DNA of 64,000 nucleotides from Alphaproteobacteria bacterium (GCA_033763655.1 JANRKD010000026.1:25922-89921), one strand, 5' to 3'. Shown: positions 46,189-56,511, numbered from the stretch's first letter. A program made the numbers and translations. Notes: generated from the letters alone by a model not told the origin.

Positions 46189-48030
46189 CTATTGCACCTG
46201 TGTGCGTGCCGGAGTGGTCGCCACCCGCGAGGCCTTGGCGCTCGGCGCAACAAATACCGGCAGGCCATGCGCCAGCTTATCGCGCAGGGCGGAAGCCGCC
46301 TGTGGGTCGGGCTTGAAGGCCAGTGCCCGCTCCCACTGGAAGCGCGCTTCCGTGGTGCGGCCAACACGCCAATACGCATCCCCCAGATGGTCGTTGACGG
46401 TCGCATCGTCGGGCATCATCTCAATCGCGCGCTCGAAGTTCCTGACCGCCGGATTAAAATCCCCCGCCAGGTAATAAGCCCAGCCGACAGAATCGAGGAT
46501 ATGCGCATCATCGGGCCGCTGCGAGGCGGCGCTCTCGAGATATTCACGCGCCTGCACAAGGTTGCGGTTCATGCTCAGCCAGCTATAGGCGAGGTAATTC
46601 AGCACATCCGGCTGTTCCGGCTGCAAGGTCAGCGCCCGCATGAAATCGGCCTCGGCGCTGTCCCAATCGCCGGCGCGCTCGTAGCTGATGCCGCGCGCAT
46701 AAAGCAGCGGCCAATCGTTCGCCGCGAGCGGCTCGGTCCGGGCGATGGCCACCCCATAGCTTTCCGCCGCCGCCGCGTAGTGTTTTGCATCGCGCTCCAT
46801 ATCGCCTTTGGTGATGAGGGCGGTGGCATCGTCCGGGTAGTTGCTGGCAAGCGCTTCGAGCAGATCCATCGCTTTGGATTTTTGCCCGAGCGCCTCATAA
46901 TTCAGGGATTTCCGCACCTGCGCGCGGCGATAGAACACGCTGCCTTCGGGAATGGCATCGTAGGTGGCAATCGCCCGTTTATAATCCCCGACCTGCTCGT
47001 AAAGATTCGCGAGCATCAGCTGCGCGGGGGGCAGGTTCGGGCGCAATTCGAGCGCAATGCGCAAATAGAGGAAAGTATCCTGCGTCGCGTTTTCGCCAAA
47101 GAGAATGCTCGCGGTGGTAAAAAACAGCTCAGCAAGGCCTTGCTTGGCATCACCCACCAGCGGTTTGGGTGGGCTGCCTGCTACCCGTTTGGGCGGGATC
47201 AGGGTCGATTGCGGGTTGGCTTTAACATAGGCATCGAAGAGGGCCTGCGCCTCCTCGACGCGGCCATGGCGCTCGGCGAAATTGGCCATCGCCTCGATCA
47301 CGCGGTAGGGTGTCGCCGCCGCATCGGCCCCCGCCTTGGCATAGGCCGCTTTGGCCGCCGCTTCGTTGCCCAGCACATCGTTCATCAGCGCCGTGTGGTA
47401 ATTGATAAACGGCGCGAAGAACCCGGCCTTATCAATAGCGGCGCGCAAATCGACCGTGTGTTTGCGGTTTTCTTCCGCCACCGCAATCCACTCCAGCATG
47501 ACCGGGCGGATAAGCCCGAACAGCCCCGCCCCCGGCGCCTGTTCGAGCGTGGCACGGGCGGCGGCAAAATCATTCGCCTTCACGCTTTCAAGCATCAGCA
47601 GGCTGGCGACCAGCGGGTCGGTGTTTTTGTTCTGCGCGAGTTTTCGTGCCAGTTTGGTGGCGGTTTCGATATTGCCTGCCAGCAATTGCACCCGCATGGT
47701 TTCCTGCTGCAAGCCTTCGTTCTGCGGGTCATGCGCGAGGGTCGCGCTCAAATAGCGGGCGGCTTCCTGCAGATCCTGATTATGCTTGGCAAAACGGCCC
47801 GAAAGAAAGCTCCCCGCAAGGCCCGGACGTATCTCGGCACTGGGTCTGGCCAGCGCCTCCCCCGCCGCCGAGGCGCGGCGCTCCTTCTCGGGTTTGTGGC
47901 GCAAATCGTCGCCATAGGCGGGATTTACCCCGAATGCGAGGCAGGCCGCCGCCAGCAGGCACTGCCGAAACCCAAGACTTTTGGCCGGTTTCGTCACCAT
48001 CCGACACTTTCGAAGGAAAACTGCTTGCAT
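46189..48030 (-). CDS. Tetratricopeptide-repeat protein (secreted/periplasmic)
   Basis: 613 aa. The alternative start at ATG 48000 (MVTKPAKSLGFRQCLLAAACLAFGVNPAYG) gives a signal peptide. TPR-like A/Y/L periodicity runs throughout, and the stop abuts the ispE start. Confidence 0.8.
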   Translation of the reverse strand: MQAVFLRKCRMVTKPAKSLGFRQCLLAAACLAFGVNPAYGDDLRHKPEKERRASAAGEALARPSAEIRPGLAGSFLSGRFAKHNQDLQEAARYLSATLAHDPQNEGLQQETMRVQLLAGNIETATKLARKLAQNKNTDPLVASLLMLESVKANDFAAARATLEQAPGAGLFGLIRPVMLEWIAVAEENRKHTVDLRAAIDKAGFFAPFINYHTALMNDVLGNEAAAKAAYAKAGADAAATPYRVIEAMANFAERHGRVEEAQALFDAYVKANPQSTLIPPKRVAGSPPKPLVGDAKQGLAELFFTTASILFGENATQDTFLYLRIALELRPNLPPAQLMLANLYEQVGDYKRAIATYDAIPEGSVFYRRAQVRKSLNYEALGQKSKAMDLLEALASNYPDDATALITKGDMERDAKHYAAAAESYGVAIARTEPLAANDWPLLYARGISYERAGDWDSAEADFMRALTLQPEQPDVLNYLAYSWLSMNRNLVQAREYLESAASQRPDDAHILDSVGWAYYLAGDFNPAVRNFERAIEMMPDDATVNDHLGDAYWRVGRTTEARFQWERALAFKPDPQAASALRDKLAHGLPVFVAPSAKASRVATTPARTQVQ

Positions 48031-48103
48031 GAACGCATCTTTACATTATATTGCCGCGCCTATCAAATGAAATGCGCGCCCAGCGTGCGAACACGAGGAA
48101 GCC

Positions 48104-48301
48104 ATGAGCAGTAAGAACAACCCAGAACTACGCGGCGCGATTACCGAACTGCGCAAATACAAAGGCAAGACGGTGAAACCCTGCCGTGTGATTGACCCCG
48201 CGCGCGGGATTGATTTCATCGGCGCGGCGTTTGAATCCGGCGAGATCGTGATCGATGCCATCACCAAACGCCCCATCCCCTACAAGGCGATTTACGGCTA
48301 A
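48104..48301 (+). CDS. Small hypothetical protein (65 aa)
   Basis: GAGGAA lies 3 nt upstream of the ATG. Codon usage is backbone-like. I recognise no motif. Confidence 0.5.
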   Translation: MSSKNNPELRGAITELRKYKGKTVKPCRVIDPARGIDFIGAAFESGEIVIDAITKRPIPYKAIYG

Positions 48302-48424
48302 GCAAAAAATCCTGGGATTCTGGCCTTCTCGGTCAGACTTTCTTGCAGACACACAGGGGGCACAATGATTGATGGTGCCCCCTTTTTTTGCGCGTCTTCA
48401 TGACGGGGCGGGAATGACGTGGGG

Positions 48425-48487
48425 TGAGGTTGGCACCATTTTTTACCACGCGACTCTCGACTCTCGCCACGCGACGCTTCTCTTGCT
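48425..48487. repeat. Partial copy D of the modular repeat (right arm of Q palindrome + TTGGCACCA + P block)
   Basis: GGGGTGAGGTTGGCACCATTTTTTACCACGCGACTCTCGACTCTCGCCACGCGACGCTTCTCTTGC, compared with 22833..22880. Confidence 0.85.
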
Positions 48488-48490
48488 ACC

Positions 48491-50095
48491 CTACATATTC
48501 CCGTAATTCGGCCCGCCGCCACCTTCGGGCGTGGTCCAGACGATATTCTGCGTCGGGTCTTTAATGTCGCAGGTTTTGCAATGCACGCAATTCTGTGCGT
48601 TAATCTGCAAGCGGGTAGCGCCGCCCTCACCCACCATTTCGTATACCCCCGCCGGGCAATAACGCTGCTCGGGCGCGTCATAAACCGGCAGGTTATATGC
48701 CACCGGCACCTGCGCATCCTTCAGCGTCAGGTGTGTGGGCTGGTCTTCCTCGTGGTTGGTATTTGACAGATACACCGACGAAAGCCGGTCGAAACTGACC
48801 ACCCCATCGGGCGGCGGATAGTGGATTTTCCGGCAGGAAGCAGCCGGTTTCAGCGCCGCATGGTCGGCATGGTGGTTCAACGTCCACGGCGCACGGCCAC
48901 GGAAAAGATAGGTATCGAGCGCCGAAAGCAGCAGCCCCGCCCACAGCCCGAAACGGAATGCCGGACGCACGTTGCGCACGGCATACAGCTCTTTGCCCAC
49001 CCACGACGCCCGCAAGGCCGGTTCGTAGGCAGCCATCTCATGGGTGCCGTTCGCCAATGCTTCTGCCGCTGTATCGGCTGCCAACATACCCGATTTCATC
49101 GCGGTGTGGCTGCCTTTGATGCGCGGCACGTTCAGAAACCCCGCCGCACAGCCAATCAGCGCACCGCCCGGAAACGTGAGCTTGGGAATCGACTGCCAGC
49201 CGCCTTCGTTCAGCGCCCGTGCACCATAGGCCAGCCGCTTGCCACCTTCAAACAGTGGGCGGACTTTCGGATGGGTTTTAAAACGCTGGAACTCCCTGAA
49301 CGGGTCGAGATGCGGGTTGCTGTAATCGAGCCCGACCACAAAACCGACCGCGACCTGATGGTCGTCGAGATGGTAAATAAACGAACCGCCGTAGGTCGCG
49401 GCATCCATCGGCCAACCGATGCTATGCTCAACCCGACCCGGCTGATGTTTTTCGGGCGCCACCTGCCAGATTTCCTTGATGCCGATGCCGTACGTCTGCG
49501 GCGACACTCCCTCGCGCAGGGCGAATTCGTCCATCAATTTCTGCGACAATGAACCACGGCAGCCCTCGGCAAAAAGCGTCAACTTCGCGCGCAGCTCCAT
49601 CGGTGGCTGGTAGGTGGCTTTGTGCTCGCCCTGTTTGCCAACCCCAAATGCGCCGGTGCGGACGCCTTTGACGGCGCCGTCCTCGATAATCGCCTCAGCG
49701 CCGGTGAAGCCAGGGAAAATCTGTACGCCCAACCCTTCCGCCTGCCCGGCCAGCCAGCGGCAGAGATTGGCCAGCGAGATAATGTAATTCCCGTGGTTTT
49801 TCATCTGCGGTGGCGTCGGCAGGCGGAACTTACCTGCCCGCGTGAGCAGGTGAAAAGCATCGCTTGTCACCGGCACGTTCAGCGGCGCACCGCGTTCCTT
49901 CCAATCAGGCAGCAATTCGTTGAGGGCGATGGGGTCGAACACCGCGCCCGAGAGAATATGTGCCCCCACCTCGGAGCCTTTTTCGATGAGGATAACCGTA
50001 CTGTCGGGTGCCCGTTGCTTGAGGCGGATTGCAGCGGATAACCCGGCAGGCCCAGCCCCCACAATCACTACGTCGCATTCCATGATATCGGTCAT
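48491..50095 (-). CDS. Electron-transfer flavoprotein:ubiquinone oxidoreductase (ETF-QO)
   Basis: 534 aa. The FAD motif is [18 protein letters not shown], and the C-terminal 4Fe-4S ferredoxin-like motif is [20 protein letters not shown]. Confidence 0.93.
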   Translation of the reverse strand: MTDIMECDVVIVGAGPAGLSAAIRLKQRAPDSTVILIEKGSEVGAHILSGAVFDPIALNELLPDWKERGAPLNVPVTSDAFHLLTRAGKFRLPTPPQMKNHGNYIISLANLCRWLAGQAEGLGVQIFPGFTGAEAIIEDGAVKGVRTGAFGVGKQGEHKATYQPPMELRAKLTLFAEGCRGSLSQKLMDEFALREGVSPQTYGIGIKEIWQVAPEKHQPGRVEHSIGWPMDAATYGGSFIYHLDDHQVAVGFVVGLDYSNPHLDPFREFQRFKTHPKVRPLFEGGKRLAYGARALNEGGWQSIPKLTFPGGALIGCAAGFLNVPRIKGSHTAMKSGMLAADTAAEALANGTHEMAAYEPALRASWVGKELYAVRNVRPAFRFGLWAGLLLSALDTYLFRGRAPWTLNHHADHAALKPAASCRKIHYPPPDGVVSFDRLSSVYLSNTNHEEDQPTHLTLKDAQVPVAYNLPVYDAPEQRYCPAGVYEMVGEGGATRLQINAQNCVHCKTCDIKDPTQNIVWTTPEGGGGPNYGNM

Positions 50096-50149
50096 GGCGC
50101 TAATCTAACATGATTAAAAGAGCGGTGAAAGTGCCAAGATGGCAACAGG

Positions 50150-50380
50150 TTAGCGCATAGGCACCTTGGGCTTCTCTTGCCTGACGTCGCCACCCGCATG
50201 ACTGCGATCCGGGGGCAATTGCGTATTATCACCATCATGGCGTATGCCCGTCCCGCCAAGATCAACACCGAACAATTTATCGGCGAGCAGCTTCGCTATC
50301 ACATGCCCATCCACCACCTGAACAAACCCGGCAGCCGCGGCGGTTGCCGCCTCACTGAGAATCAGCCCTTCCCTAGCCAT
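50150..50380 (-). CDS. Small hypothetical protein (76 aa)
   Basis: Its start overlaps the stop of 50373..50666 (ATGGCTAG). No motif is recognised, so it may not be real. Confidence 0.3.
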   Translation of the reverse strand: MAREGLILSEAATAAAAGFVQVVDGHVIAKLLADKLFGVDLGGTGIRHDGDNTQLPPDRSHAGGDVRQEKPKVPMR

Positions 50381-50666
50381 ATTTCACCCCCTGCTGCTCC
50401 ATATCGAGGGAATCGAGAAACTCAATCGCGCGGCGCTGCGATTCGAGGGTCGGCAGGCTCAGCGCCACCAGCTCCTTCGCCTGCTTGACCTTGCGCATAT
50501 TCACCCCGCACGAAGCCAGATGCCCGCGGTTGCTGCTCATGCGCGGGTCGGACATCAGCGCCTTGGCATATTCGACATCGGCATAGGCGTCGAGCGCAGA
50601 CGTCAGCTCGACCACCGCGCGGGCGGCGATATCTGGTGCATAAAATTGCTGTTCGACTAGCTGCAT
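50373..50666 (-). CDS. Small hypothetical protein (97 aa)
   Basis: GC3-rich, backbone-like codon usage with predicted helical content. No motif is recognised. Confidence 0.45.
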   Translation of the reverse strand: MQLVEQQFYAPDIAARAVVELTSALDAYADVEYAKALMSDPRMSSNRGHLASCGVNMRKVKQAKELVALSLPTLESQRRAIEFLDSLDMEQQGVKYG

Positions 50667-50740
50667 GGGGTCCTAAGGTGTAGTTAAACTGCTCACCTTC
50701 TCATTATTAGCCGCAATTGATTAATTTTTCGTTAGTGCCC

Positions 50741-51619
50741 ATGAATCCGCAGGAAAATACCGCCCATGCCCTTGATTCCCTCCGCTGGTATGCGGAGATG
50801 GGGGTGGATGTGTGCGTCGAAGCCACACCGCAACCGGTAAAAAAGGAACGCGCTGAAGCCATCCTGCCACCACCTGCCGCTGGGGGCGCAACCCACGCCC
50901 TTTCCCGTGATTCACTGGCGGAAGCTCGCACCGGAAGGGCGACGCGTACCCCTGATGGCGCCCCTCTCCCGCTTACGCAGGGTGGCGGGACGACGCCACC
51001 ACCTTCCCTCGCCGCCGCCGTGGCCGAAGCCCGCCAACTGGCCGATGCCGCGCACGACCTGACAGCGCTTGAAGAAGCGGTGCGCGGCTTTACAGGCTGC
51101 GCCCTCAAAAAAACCGCGACCACCACCGTTTTTGCCCAAGGCGTAGCCGCAAGCCGCGTGATGTTTATCGGCGAGGCACCGGGCGCGGAGGAGGATCGCA
51201 ACGGCGTGCCGTTCTGCGGCCCAAGCGGCCAGTTGCTCGACCGTATGCTCGGATTCATCGGCCTCACCCGCACCGAAAATTTCTACATCACCAACGCGCT
51301 GTTCTGGCGGCCACCGGGAAACCGGCAACCAAGCAAAGAGGAACTGGCTATCTGCAGGCCGTTTGTCGAAAAGCACATCGCGCTCATCAACCCCAGGCTG
51401 CTGGTGCTGGTCGGCGGCACTGCGACGTCAGCTATCCTTGGCGACACACGCGGCATCACCCGCCTGAGGGGGCAGGTCTTTACCTATCGGAACGATTACA
51501 TGCCCGCCGAAGTGCCGGTGCATGTCCTCTATCATCCCTCGTATCTTCTGCGCCAACCTTTGGCCAAAAAGCAGGCCTGGGCGGACATTTTGAAACTGAA
51601 AATGGCTCTAACCCACTGA
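50741..51619 (+). CDS. Uracil-DNA glycosylase, family 4, with N-terminal extension
   Basis: ORF 50717 (TTG); ATG at 50741. Motifs: VMFIGEAPGAEEDRNGVPFCGPSGQLLDRML and HPSYLLR. Confidence 0.85.
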   Translation: MNPQENTAHALDSLRWYAEMGVDVCVEATPQPVKKERAEAILPPPAAGGATHALSRDSLAEARTGRATRTPDGAPLPLTQGGGTTPPPSLAAAVAEARQLADAAHDLTALEEAVRGFTGCALKKTATTTVFAQGVAASRVMFIGEAPGAEEDRNGVPFCGPSGQLLDRMLGFIGLTRTENFYITNALFWRPPGNRQPSKEELAICRPFVEKHIALINPRLLVLVGGTATSAILGDTRGITRLRGQVFTYRNDYMPAEVPVHVLYHPSYLLRQPLAKKQAWADILKLKMALTH

Positions 51620-51781
51620 TTTTTGCAGACGGCGCCGTTTAACCCTATTGAATTACAACATTATTATCTTTATTGGTTGCGCGTTAACGATTTACCCTTT
51701 ATTAGGGCTGCCCGGCCAAGGCCGAACGCTGTAACAAAACAGTAACTGTCAATAACAATCATCACCAGCCATAATCACCCT

Positions 51782-53335
51782 ATGACGACGCTATTACGCA
51801 GAATTTCCGGCCTGATCGACACGCGGCATATGCCTGCGGTTTCTCGCCTGTGGGTGGCGGCGGCGCTGGCAGTGGGCGTCATTGCGCTGCTTAACCTCTC
51901 CCATCCGACCTCGTATGGCGCGCCCGCATCCTCGGTGGCAGCGGTGGCGGCGACCGCCAACCCGCGCACGCTTTCAGCAGCCGACCGCAGCCGTTACACC
52001 ACCCTCCGCGAGGCGCAGGCTCACGGCGATTTTGCCCGCGCCAACGCGCTGCTGGGGCAGGTGGAAAACCGCCTGCTGGTCGGCCATGTGCTGGCGGCGC
52101 GCTACCTCGACACCGCCTACCCGGCCAGCCATGCCGAGCTTGCGGACTGGCTCAGCCGTTACAGCGATCACCCTGAAACAGCGCGGATGGCCGAACTCGC
52201 AGCGCGGCGTGGTCTGGCGGTGCATTTGCCAAAAACCGTCCTCCCCCTGCGTGGCGAAGGCTACACCGACCACGAGGGCCGCAACGCCATGCCCGACCAC
52301 TGGTTCACGGCGCTGGGCCTGTGGCGCGACGGGAATTATGCGCAGGCGCGGCCTATTTTCGCCCGTGTCAGTGCCGATGAATCCCTCTCGCAATGGCAGC
52401 GCGCGGCGGCCTATTACTGGGTTTACCGCGCCGATAAAAAACTCAAAAATATGCGCGATGCCCGCACCGCACTGGCGCAGGCCGCAAGCTACCAGACCAC
52501 CTTCTACGGCCTGCTCGCCCGCGCCCAGATGGGGATGCCCATCCTGACGCCGCAAGCGCCGGAAGTGCCGAATAACCTGCGCGACGACCCGCGCGCCATC
52601 CGTGCGGCGCTGCTGGTGCAACTGGGCGACACCGCCGCCGCCGAGGAAGAACTGCGCGCCCTCTACAGCGCACTCGACAAAGGCGCGCGCGGCGGCATCG
52701 TCACCCTCGCCAGTGAGCTTGGCCTTTCAAACCTGCAGATGCGCCTCGCGCGCACAGCGGGCCTGAGCAACGCCGAGCAACTGTTCGCGCAATACCCCGC
52801 GCCACACTACATGCTCGACCTGCATTCGGTGATGGATGCAGCCCTGCTGCTGGCCGTCGCACGCAACGAATCGGGCTTCCGCGAAATCGCGCATAGCCCC
52901 TCGGGCGCCGTCGGCATGATGCAGATGCTGCCTTCGACCGCCCGCGCCGTCGAGCGCCATGTCGGCGAGGCGCTGCTGCGTACGGCGGATGCTTCGGGCA
53001 GCACCGCGCCGATTGCCGAACGCCTGAGCAACCCGGCCTTAAGCGCCCGCTATGGCGCGGAATACCTGAAGCTGCTGACGGCGCAACCGGCGATTGGCCG
53101 CGATTTGATTCATCTGCTGGTCGGCTACAATGCCGGCCCCGGCACGGTGGCCAACTGGAAAGCCGCCGCCCGCACCCTGCGCGACCCGCTGCTTTATATC
53201 GAGTCGATTCCCTACGCCGAAACCCGCAACTATGTGATGCAGGTCGCGGCGCAATACTGGGTCTACCAGCGCATGATGGATGAAACGCCGACCTCGCTTT
53301 ATGCCCTCGCCAAAAGCGAATGGCCGCAGGTTTAG
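51782..53335 (+). CDS. Soluble lytic murein transglycosylase (SLT domain)
   Basis: 517 aa with a signal-like N-terminus and a superhelical repeat region. The catalytic block is ARNESGFREIAHSPSGAVGMMQMLPSTA..YNAGPG. Confidence 0.85.
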   Translation: MTTLLRRISGLIDTRHMPAVSRLWVAAALAVGVIALLNLSHPTSYGAPASSVAAVAATANPRTLSAADRSRYTTLREAQAHGDFARANALLGQVENRLLVGHVLAARYLDTAYPASHAELADWLSRYSDHPETARMAELAARRGLAVHLPKTVLPLRGEGYTDHEGRNAMPDHWFTALGLWRDGNYAQARPIFARVSADESLSQWQRAAAYYWVYRADKKLKNMRDARTALAQAASYQTTFYGLLARAQMGMPILTPQAPEVPNNLRDDPRAIRAALLVQLGDTAAAEEELRALYSALDKGARGGIVTLASELGLSNLQMRLARTAGLSNAEQLFAQYPAPHYMLDLHSVMDAALLLAVARNESGFREIAHSPSGAVGMMQMLPSTARAVERHVGEALLRTADASGSTAPIAERLSNPALSARYGAEYLKLLTAQPAIGRDLIHLLVGYNAGPGTVANWKAAARTLRDPLLYIESIPYAETRNYVMQVAAQYWVYQRMMDETPTSLYALAKSEWPQV

Positions 53336-53413
53336 TGCCACGCCTTGCGCGTTGCATCCCTTCGCCTTATGCGTTACCTGAAACGTAAGCCATCCTCCTT
53401 TCAGGGCAGCCTC

Positions 53414-54028
53414 ATGCCGCATCTTGCCATCGAACAGGAATATCTCCCCGCGCGCGTCTGCGGGGTCGATGAGGCCGGGCGCGGGCCGTGGGCCGGGCCG
53501 GTGGTGGCCGCCGCCGTGCTGTTCCAGCCGCACGATCTTATCCCCCGGGGGCTTAACGACAGCAAAAAACTCAGCCGCCGCACGCGTGAGCGCCTCTTTG
53601 CGCAGATCACGCAGGCCGGGATTATCCACGGTATCGGCATCGCCACGGCGGAGGAGATCGACCAGCGCAACATCTGGGGGGCGACGCAGCTCGCCATGGG
53701 CCGCGCTGTGGCCGCACTGGCCATCGCCCCGGATATGGCGCTGATTGACGGCAACCTGAAACCCGCCGGATTCCCTTGCCCGACCCGCCCCATCGTCGGC
53801 GGCGATGGCATTTCGCTCTCGATTGCTGCTGCGTCGATTATTGCCAAAGTCACCCGCGATCGCCTGATGGATGCGCTGGCGCATACCTACCCCGCCTATG
53901 GGTTCGAGCGCCACGCGGGCTATGGCACAAAACAGCACCGCGAGGCGCTGGCCGCACATGGCCCCTGCCCGGCGCACCGCCGCAGCTATGCACCCATCCG
54001 CGCCCTGCTTGAGGAGATGGCGGCATGA
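53414..54028 (+). CDS. rnhB: Ribonuclease HII
   Basis: ORF 53345..54028; the ATG at 53414 (MPHLAIEQEY) is preferred. Motifs: GVDEAGRGPWAGPVVAAAV, DSKKLS, and HRRSYAP near the C-terminus. Confidence 0.9.
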   Translation: MPHLAIEQEYLPARVCGVDEAGRGPWAGPVVAAAVLFQPHDLIPRGLNDSKKLSRRTRERLFAQITQAGIIHGIGIATAEEIDQRNIWGATQLAMGRAVAALAIAPDMALIDGNLKPAGFPCPTRPIVGGDGISLSIAAASIIAKVTRDRLMDALAHTYPAYGFERHAGYGTKQHREALAAHGPCPAHRRSYAPIRALLEEMAA

Positions 54029-54525
54029 ACGCCGCCGCAAAAAAACCCTTCCGCAAGCGCCGCTTGTTTGCCCGCAGCGTCAGCGAGGTGGTGAAAGAAG
54101 CCACCCAACCCCTGATGCACAAGCAAGGCAAACTCTACAGCGCGCTGCTGAGCGACTGGCCGCAGATTGTCGGCGCTGAACGCGCGCGCGTCACCCGTCC
54201 CGAGCGCCTGCAATTCCCGACGAACGAGGCCAGCGGCGCAACCTTGCATCTGAGTGCCCGTCCCGCCGCCGCGCCGGAACTGGTCTACGCGCAGGAACAG
54301 ATGCTCGAACAATGCGCGCGTTATTTCGGCTACCGCGCGATTACCCGCCTTATCATCCACGCCACGCATGAGGGGTTTGCCGCCACCGATGCCACCCCCA
54401 CGCCGCCGCCGCGCACGGCTGAGGCACCGGCCCTCACGCTGCCGGGCAGCCTGCCTGCGGATATGCGGCAGGCGCTGGAGCGTCTTTCCACCCATCTCGC
54501 ATCGGCTAGTGACAAGAAATCCTGA
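54025..54525 (+). CDS. dciA: DUF721 (DciA-like) protein
   Basis: The ATGA overlaps the rnhB stop. 166 aa with a basic N-terminus. WPQIVGAERARVTRPERLQF...LHLSARPAAAPELVYAQEQMLEQCARYFGYRAITRLII is typical of DUF721. Confidence 0.65.
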   Translation: MNAAAKKPFRKRRLFARSVSEVVKEATQPLMHKQGKLYSALLSDWPQIVGAERARVTRPERLQFPTNEASGATLHLSARPAAAPELVYAQEQMLEQCARYFGYRAITRLIIHATHEGFAATDATPTPPPRTAEAPALTLPGSLPADMRQALERLSTHLASASDKKS

Positions 54526-54578
54526 GTGCGTTACACCCGTTGCCAACCCCACGATGACCCCCAACCAAGGAGCGCCCC

Positions 54579-55289
54579 ATGGCCACCTCAAAAAACAGCG
54601 GAAAACTCTTTCTTTTTGCCATGGTCGCCCTCATCGGCGGCGCGATGGGCTACGGCTATTTCGCGCAGAGCAGCAAATTATCGGCAGAAAGCGGCACCGC
54701 CGCTGCAAATCCGCAACTCAGCACCGAACAGCGCGCCCTCCTCACCCCCAAACCGAGCGATATTATTCTGGGCGACAGCAACGCGCTCGTCACCATCGTC
54801 GAGTATTCCTCGCTCTCATGCCCGCATTGCGCCCATTTCCACGAAAAAGTGCTGCCGGGCCTCGAGAAGGAGTTTATCGACACGGGCAAAGTAAAGCTGG
54901 TAATGCGCCATTTCCCGCTCAACGAACCGGCGCTCGCGGCAGCGAAAATTGTCGAATGCGCTGGGCGCAACGGCCTTGAGCGCAACAACTTCATGAAGGT
55001 TTTCTTTAACCTGCAGGCGCAATGGGCCTTTGGCGAAAGCTTCCTTAAGGACCTGAAACAGATTGCCCTCGTCGGCGGCATCGACAGCGCCGCGTTCGAT
55101 AGCTGCGCCACCGACAAAACCATCGAAACCCGCATCCTCACCATGCGTCAGGCGGCAGCCGAAAAACTGGGCGTGAACTCCACCCCGAGCTTTTTTGTCC
55201 ATGGCACAAAATTCGTCGGCGAACCTTCACTGGCCGGGCTGCGCGCGGCGATTGCCGCCGCCGGACCTGGAACACCCACCGCAAAATAA
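54579..55289 (+). CDS. DsbA-family thioredoxin-fold protein
   Basis: An N-terminal TM/signal segment (LFLFAMVALIGGAMGYGYF) is followed by the active site SLSCPHCAHF. Confidence 0.85.
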   Translation: MATSKNSGKLFLFAMVALIGGAMGYGYFAQSSKLSAESGTAAANPQLSTEQRALLTPKPSDIILGDSNALVTIVEYSSLSCPHCAHFHEKVLPGLEKEFIDTGKVKLVMRHFPLNEPALAAAKIVECAGRNGLERNNFMKVFFNLQAQWAFGESFLKDLKQIALVGGIDSAAFDSCATDKTIETRILTMRQAAAEKLGVNSTPSFFVHGTKFVGEPSLAGLRAAIAAAGPGTPTAK

Positions 55290-55343
55290 CGCACCACCCT
55301 ATTGGCCGCCTGCGCAGACTGTGAACAATCCGGAACTCGCCGC

Positions 55344-55372
55344 TTGACAGGGCATGGGGCAATCCATAGATT
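55344..55372 (+). promoter_or_regulatory. Candidate sigma-70 promoter of the atp F0 operon
   Basis: TTGACA (55344..55349)-N17-TAGATT (55367..55372). The -10 element ends only 9 nt before the atpI ATG at 55382. Confidence 0.35.
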
Positions 55373-55381
55373 GCGCGCGCC

Positions 55382-55702
55382 ATGCGCAAGGACGAAGAAA
55401 AACCGCCTGTCACGCTCGAGACGCTCACCCAGCGCCTCGATGAAGTGAAGCGGTTGCAGCCGGAATCCTCCGCGCCGAAGAAATTATCAGGGGACGCCGC
55501 GCGTTCCGCGATTGATTTTGCCTCGGCAACCGCCGTAGGCACCGTGCTCGGTTACGGGTTCGATACCTGGCAGGAAACAACGCCGTGGGGGCTGTTGGTG
55601 GGCTTGCTCATCGGCACCGCTGCGGGCCTGAAGCTTATGTTCGCCGAGGAGGCGCGCGCAGCAAAACGCGCGACCCGCGCGGCGAAGACGGATAACGACT
55701 AA
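55382..55702 (+). CDS. atpI: ATP synthase protein I (AtpI/AtpR-like)
   Basis: 106 aa with two C-terminal hydrophobic helices (IDFASATAVGTVLGYGF, GLLVGLLIGTAAGLKLMF). It is the first gene of the F0 operon. Confidence 0.7.
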   Translation: MRKDEEKPPVTLETLTQRLDEVKRLQPESSAPKKLSGDAARSAIDFASATAVGTVLGYGFDTWQETTPWGLLVGLLIGTAAGLKLMFAEEARAAKRATRAAKTDND

Positions 55703-55719
55703 CCGAATGGGACTGAACC

Positions 55720-56469
55720 TTGGCCGCTGAACACGCACACCACGGACCGCTCGACCAGTTTTCGGTCGCGCCGATTTATGAATTGCCGGCACTGTTTGGC
55801 ATCGACGCCAGCATCACCAACTCGGCATTATTCATGCTGCTGGCGGTATTGCTGACAGTGGTGCTGTTTCTCGTCGCCATGCGCAAACGCGCGACGGTGC
55901 CGGGCCGCGCCCAGTCGCTTGCCGAGATCACCTACCAGTTCGTTGAAGGTATTGTGGACGAAAACGCCGGGCATGACGGCAAAAAATACTTTCCCTTCAT
56001 CTTCACGCTGTTCCTTTTCATCCTGTCCGTCAATTTGCTTGGACTGGTGCCTTATTCCTTCGCGCCGACCAGCCATATCATTGTCACGTTCGGCATGGGC
56101 GCCTTTGTTTTCCTTGGGATTACGCTCATCGCGCTGGTGAAAAAAGGGCCGATCGGCTTTTTCAAGCACTTCATTCCCGAAGGGCTGCCGCTGGTAATGG
56201 CGCCGCTGATGCTGGTCATCGAGCTGGTGTCGTACCTGTCGCGCCCGTTCAGCCTCGGCATTCGTCTGGCCGCCAACATCGCGGCCGGTCACACACTGAT
56301 GAAAGTCATCGCTGCCTTTGTTTTTCCACTGGGGCTATTTGGTGTCTTGCCAATCGCGTTTCTCATGTTTATGACGGGCCTCGAAATTTTTGTCGCGATC
56401 CTGCAGGCGTATGTCTTTACCTTGCTGTCCTGCATGTATCTTGGCGAAGCGCTTTCGGATCACCACTAA
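55720..56469 (+). CDS. atpB: F0F1 ATP synthase subunit a
   Basis: TTG start. MAAEHAHHGPLDQFSV..., with the essential Arg context LSRPFSLGIRLAANIAAGH. Confidence 0.93.
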   Translation: MAAEHAHHGPLDQFSVAPIYELPALFGIDASITNSALFMLLAVLLTVVLFLVAMRKRATVPGRAQSLAEITYQFVEGIVDENAGHDGKKYFPFIFTLFLFILSVNLLGLVPYSFAPTSHIIVTFGMGAFVFLGITLIALVKKGPIGFFKHFIPEGLPLVMAPLMLVIELVSYLSRPFSLGIRLAANIAAGHTLMKVIAAFVFPLGLFGVLPIAFLMFMTGLEIFVAILQAYVFTLLSCMYLGEALSDHH

Positions 56470-56511
56470 CCTTTTTACCTTAATTTATTTCGTTCACTTT
56501 TGGAGTTAATC

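Noticed and set aside
46156-48114. 652-aa plus-strand ORF covering the ispE start and the whole TPR gene
   Set aside because: It is the antisense frame of a well-supported TPR protein (signal peptide, TPR periodicity, stop abutting the ispE start). Its composition is the Arg/Gly-rich mirror typical of antisense frames.
53039-54040. 333-aa minus-strand ORF across the slt 3' end and rnhB
   Set aside because: It is antisense to two motif-supported genes. The Arg/Gly/Ala-rich product has no features.
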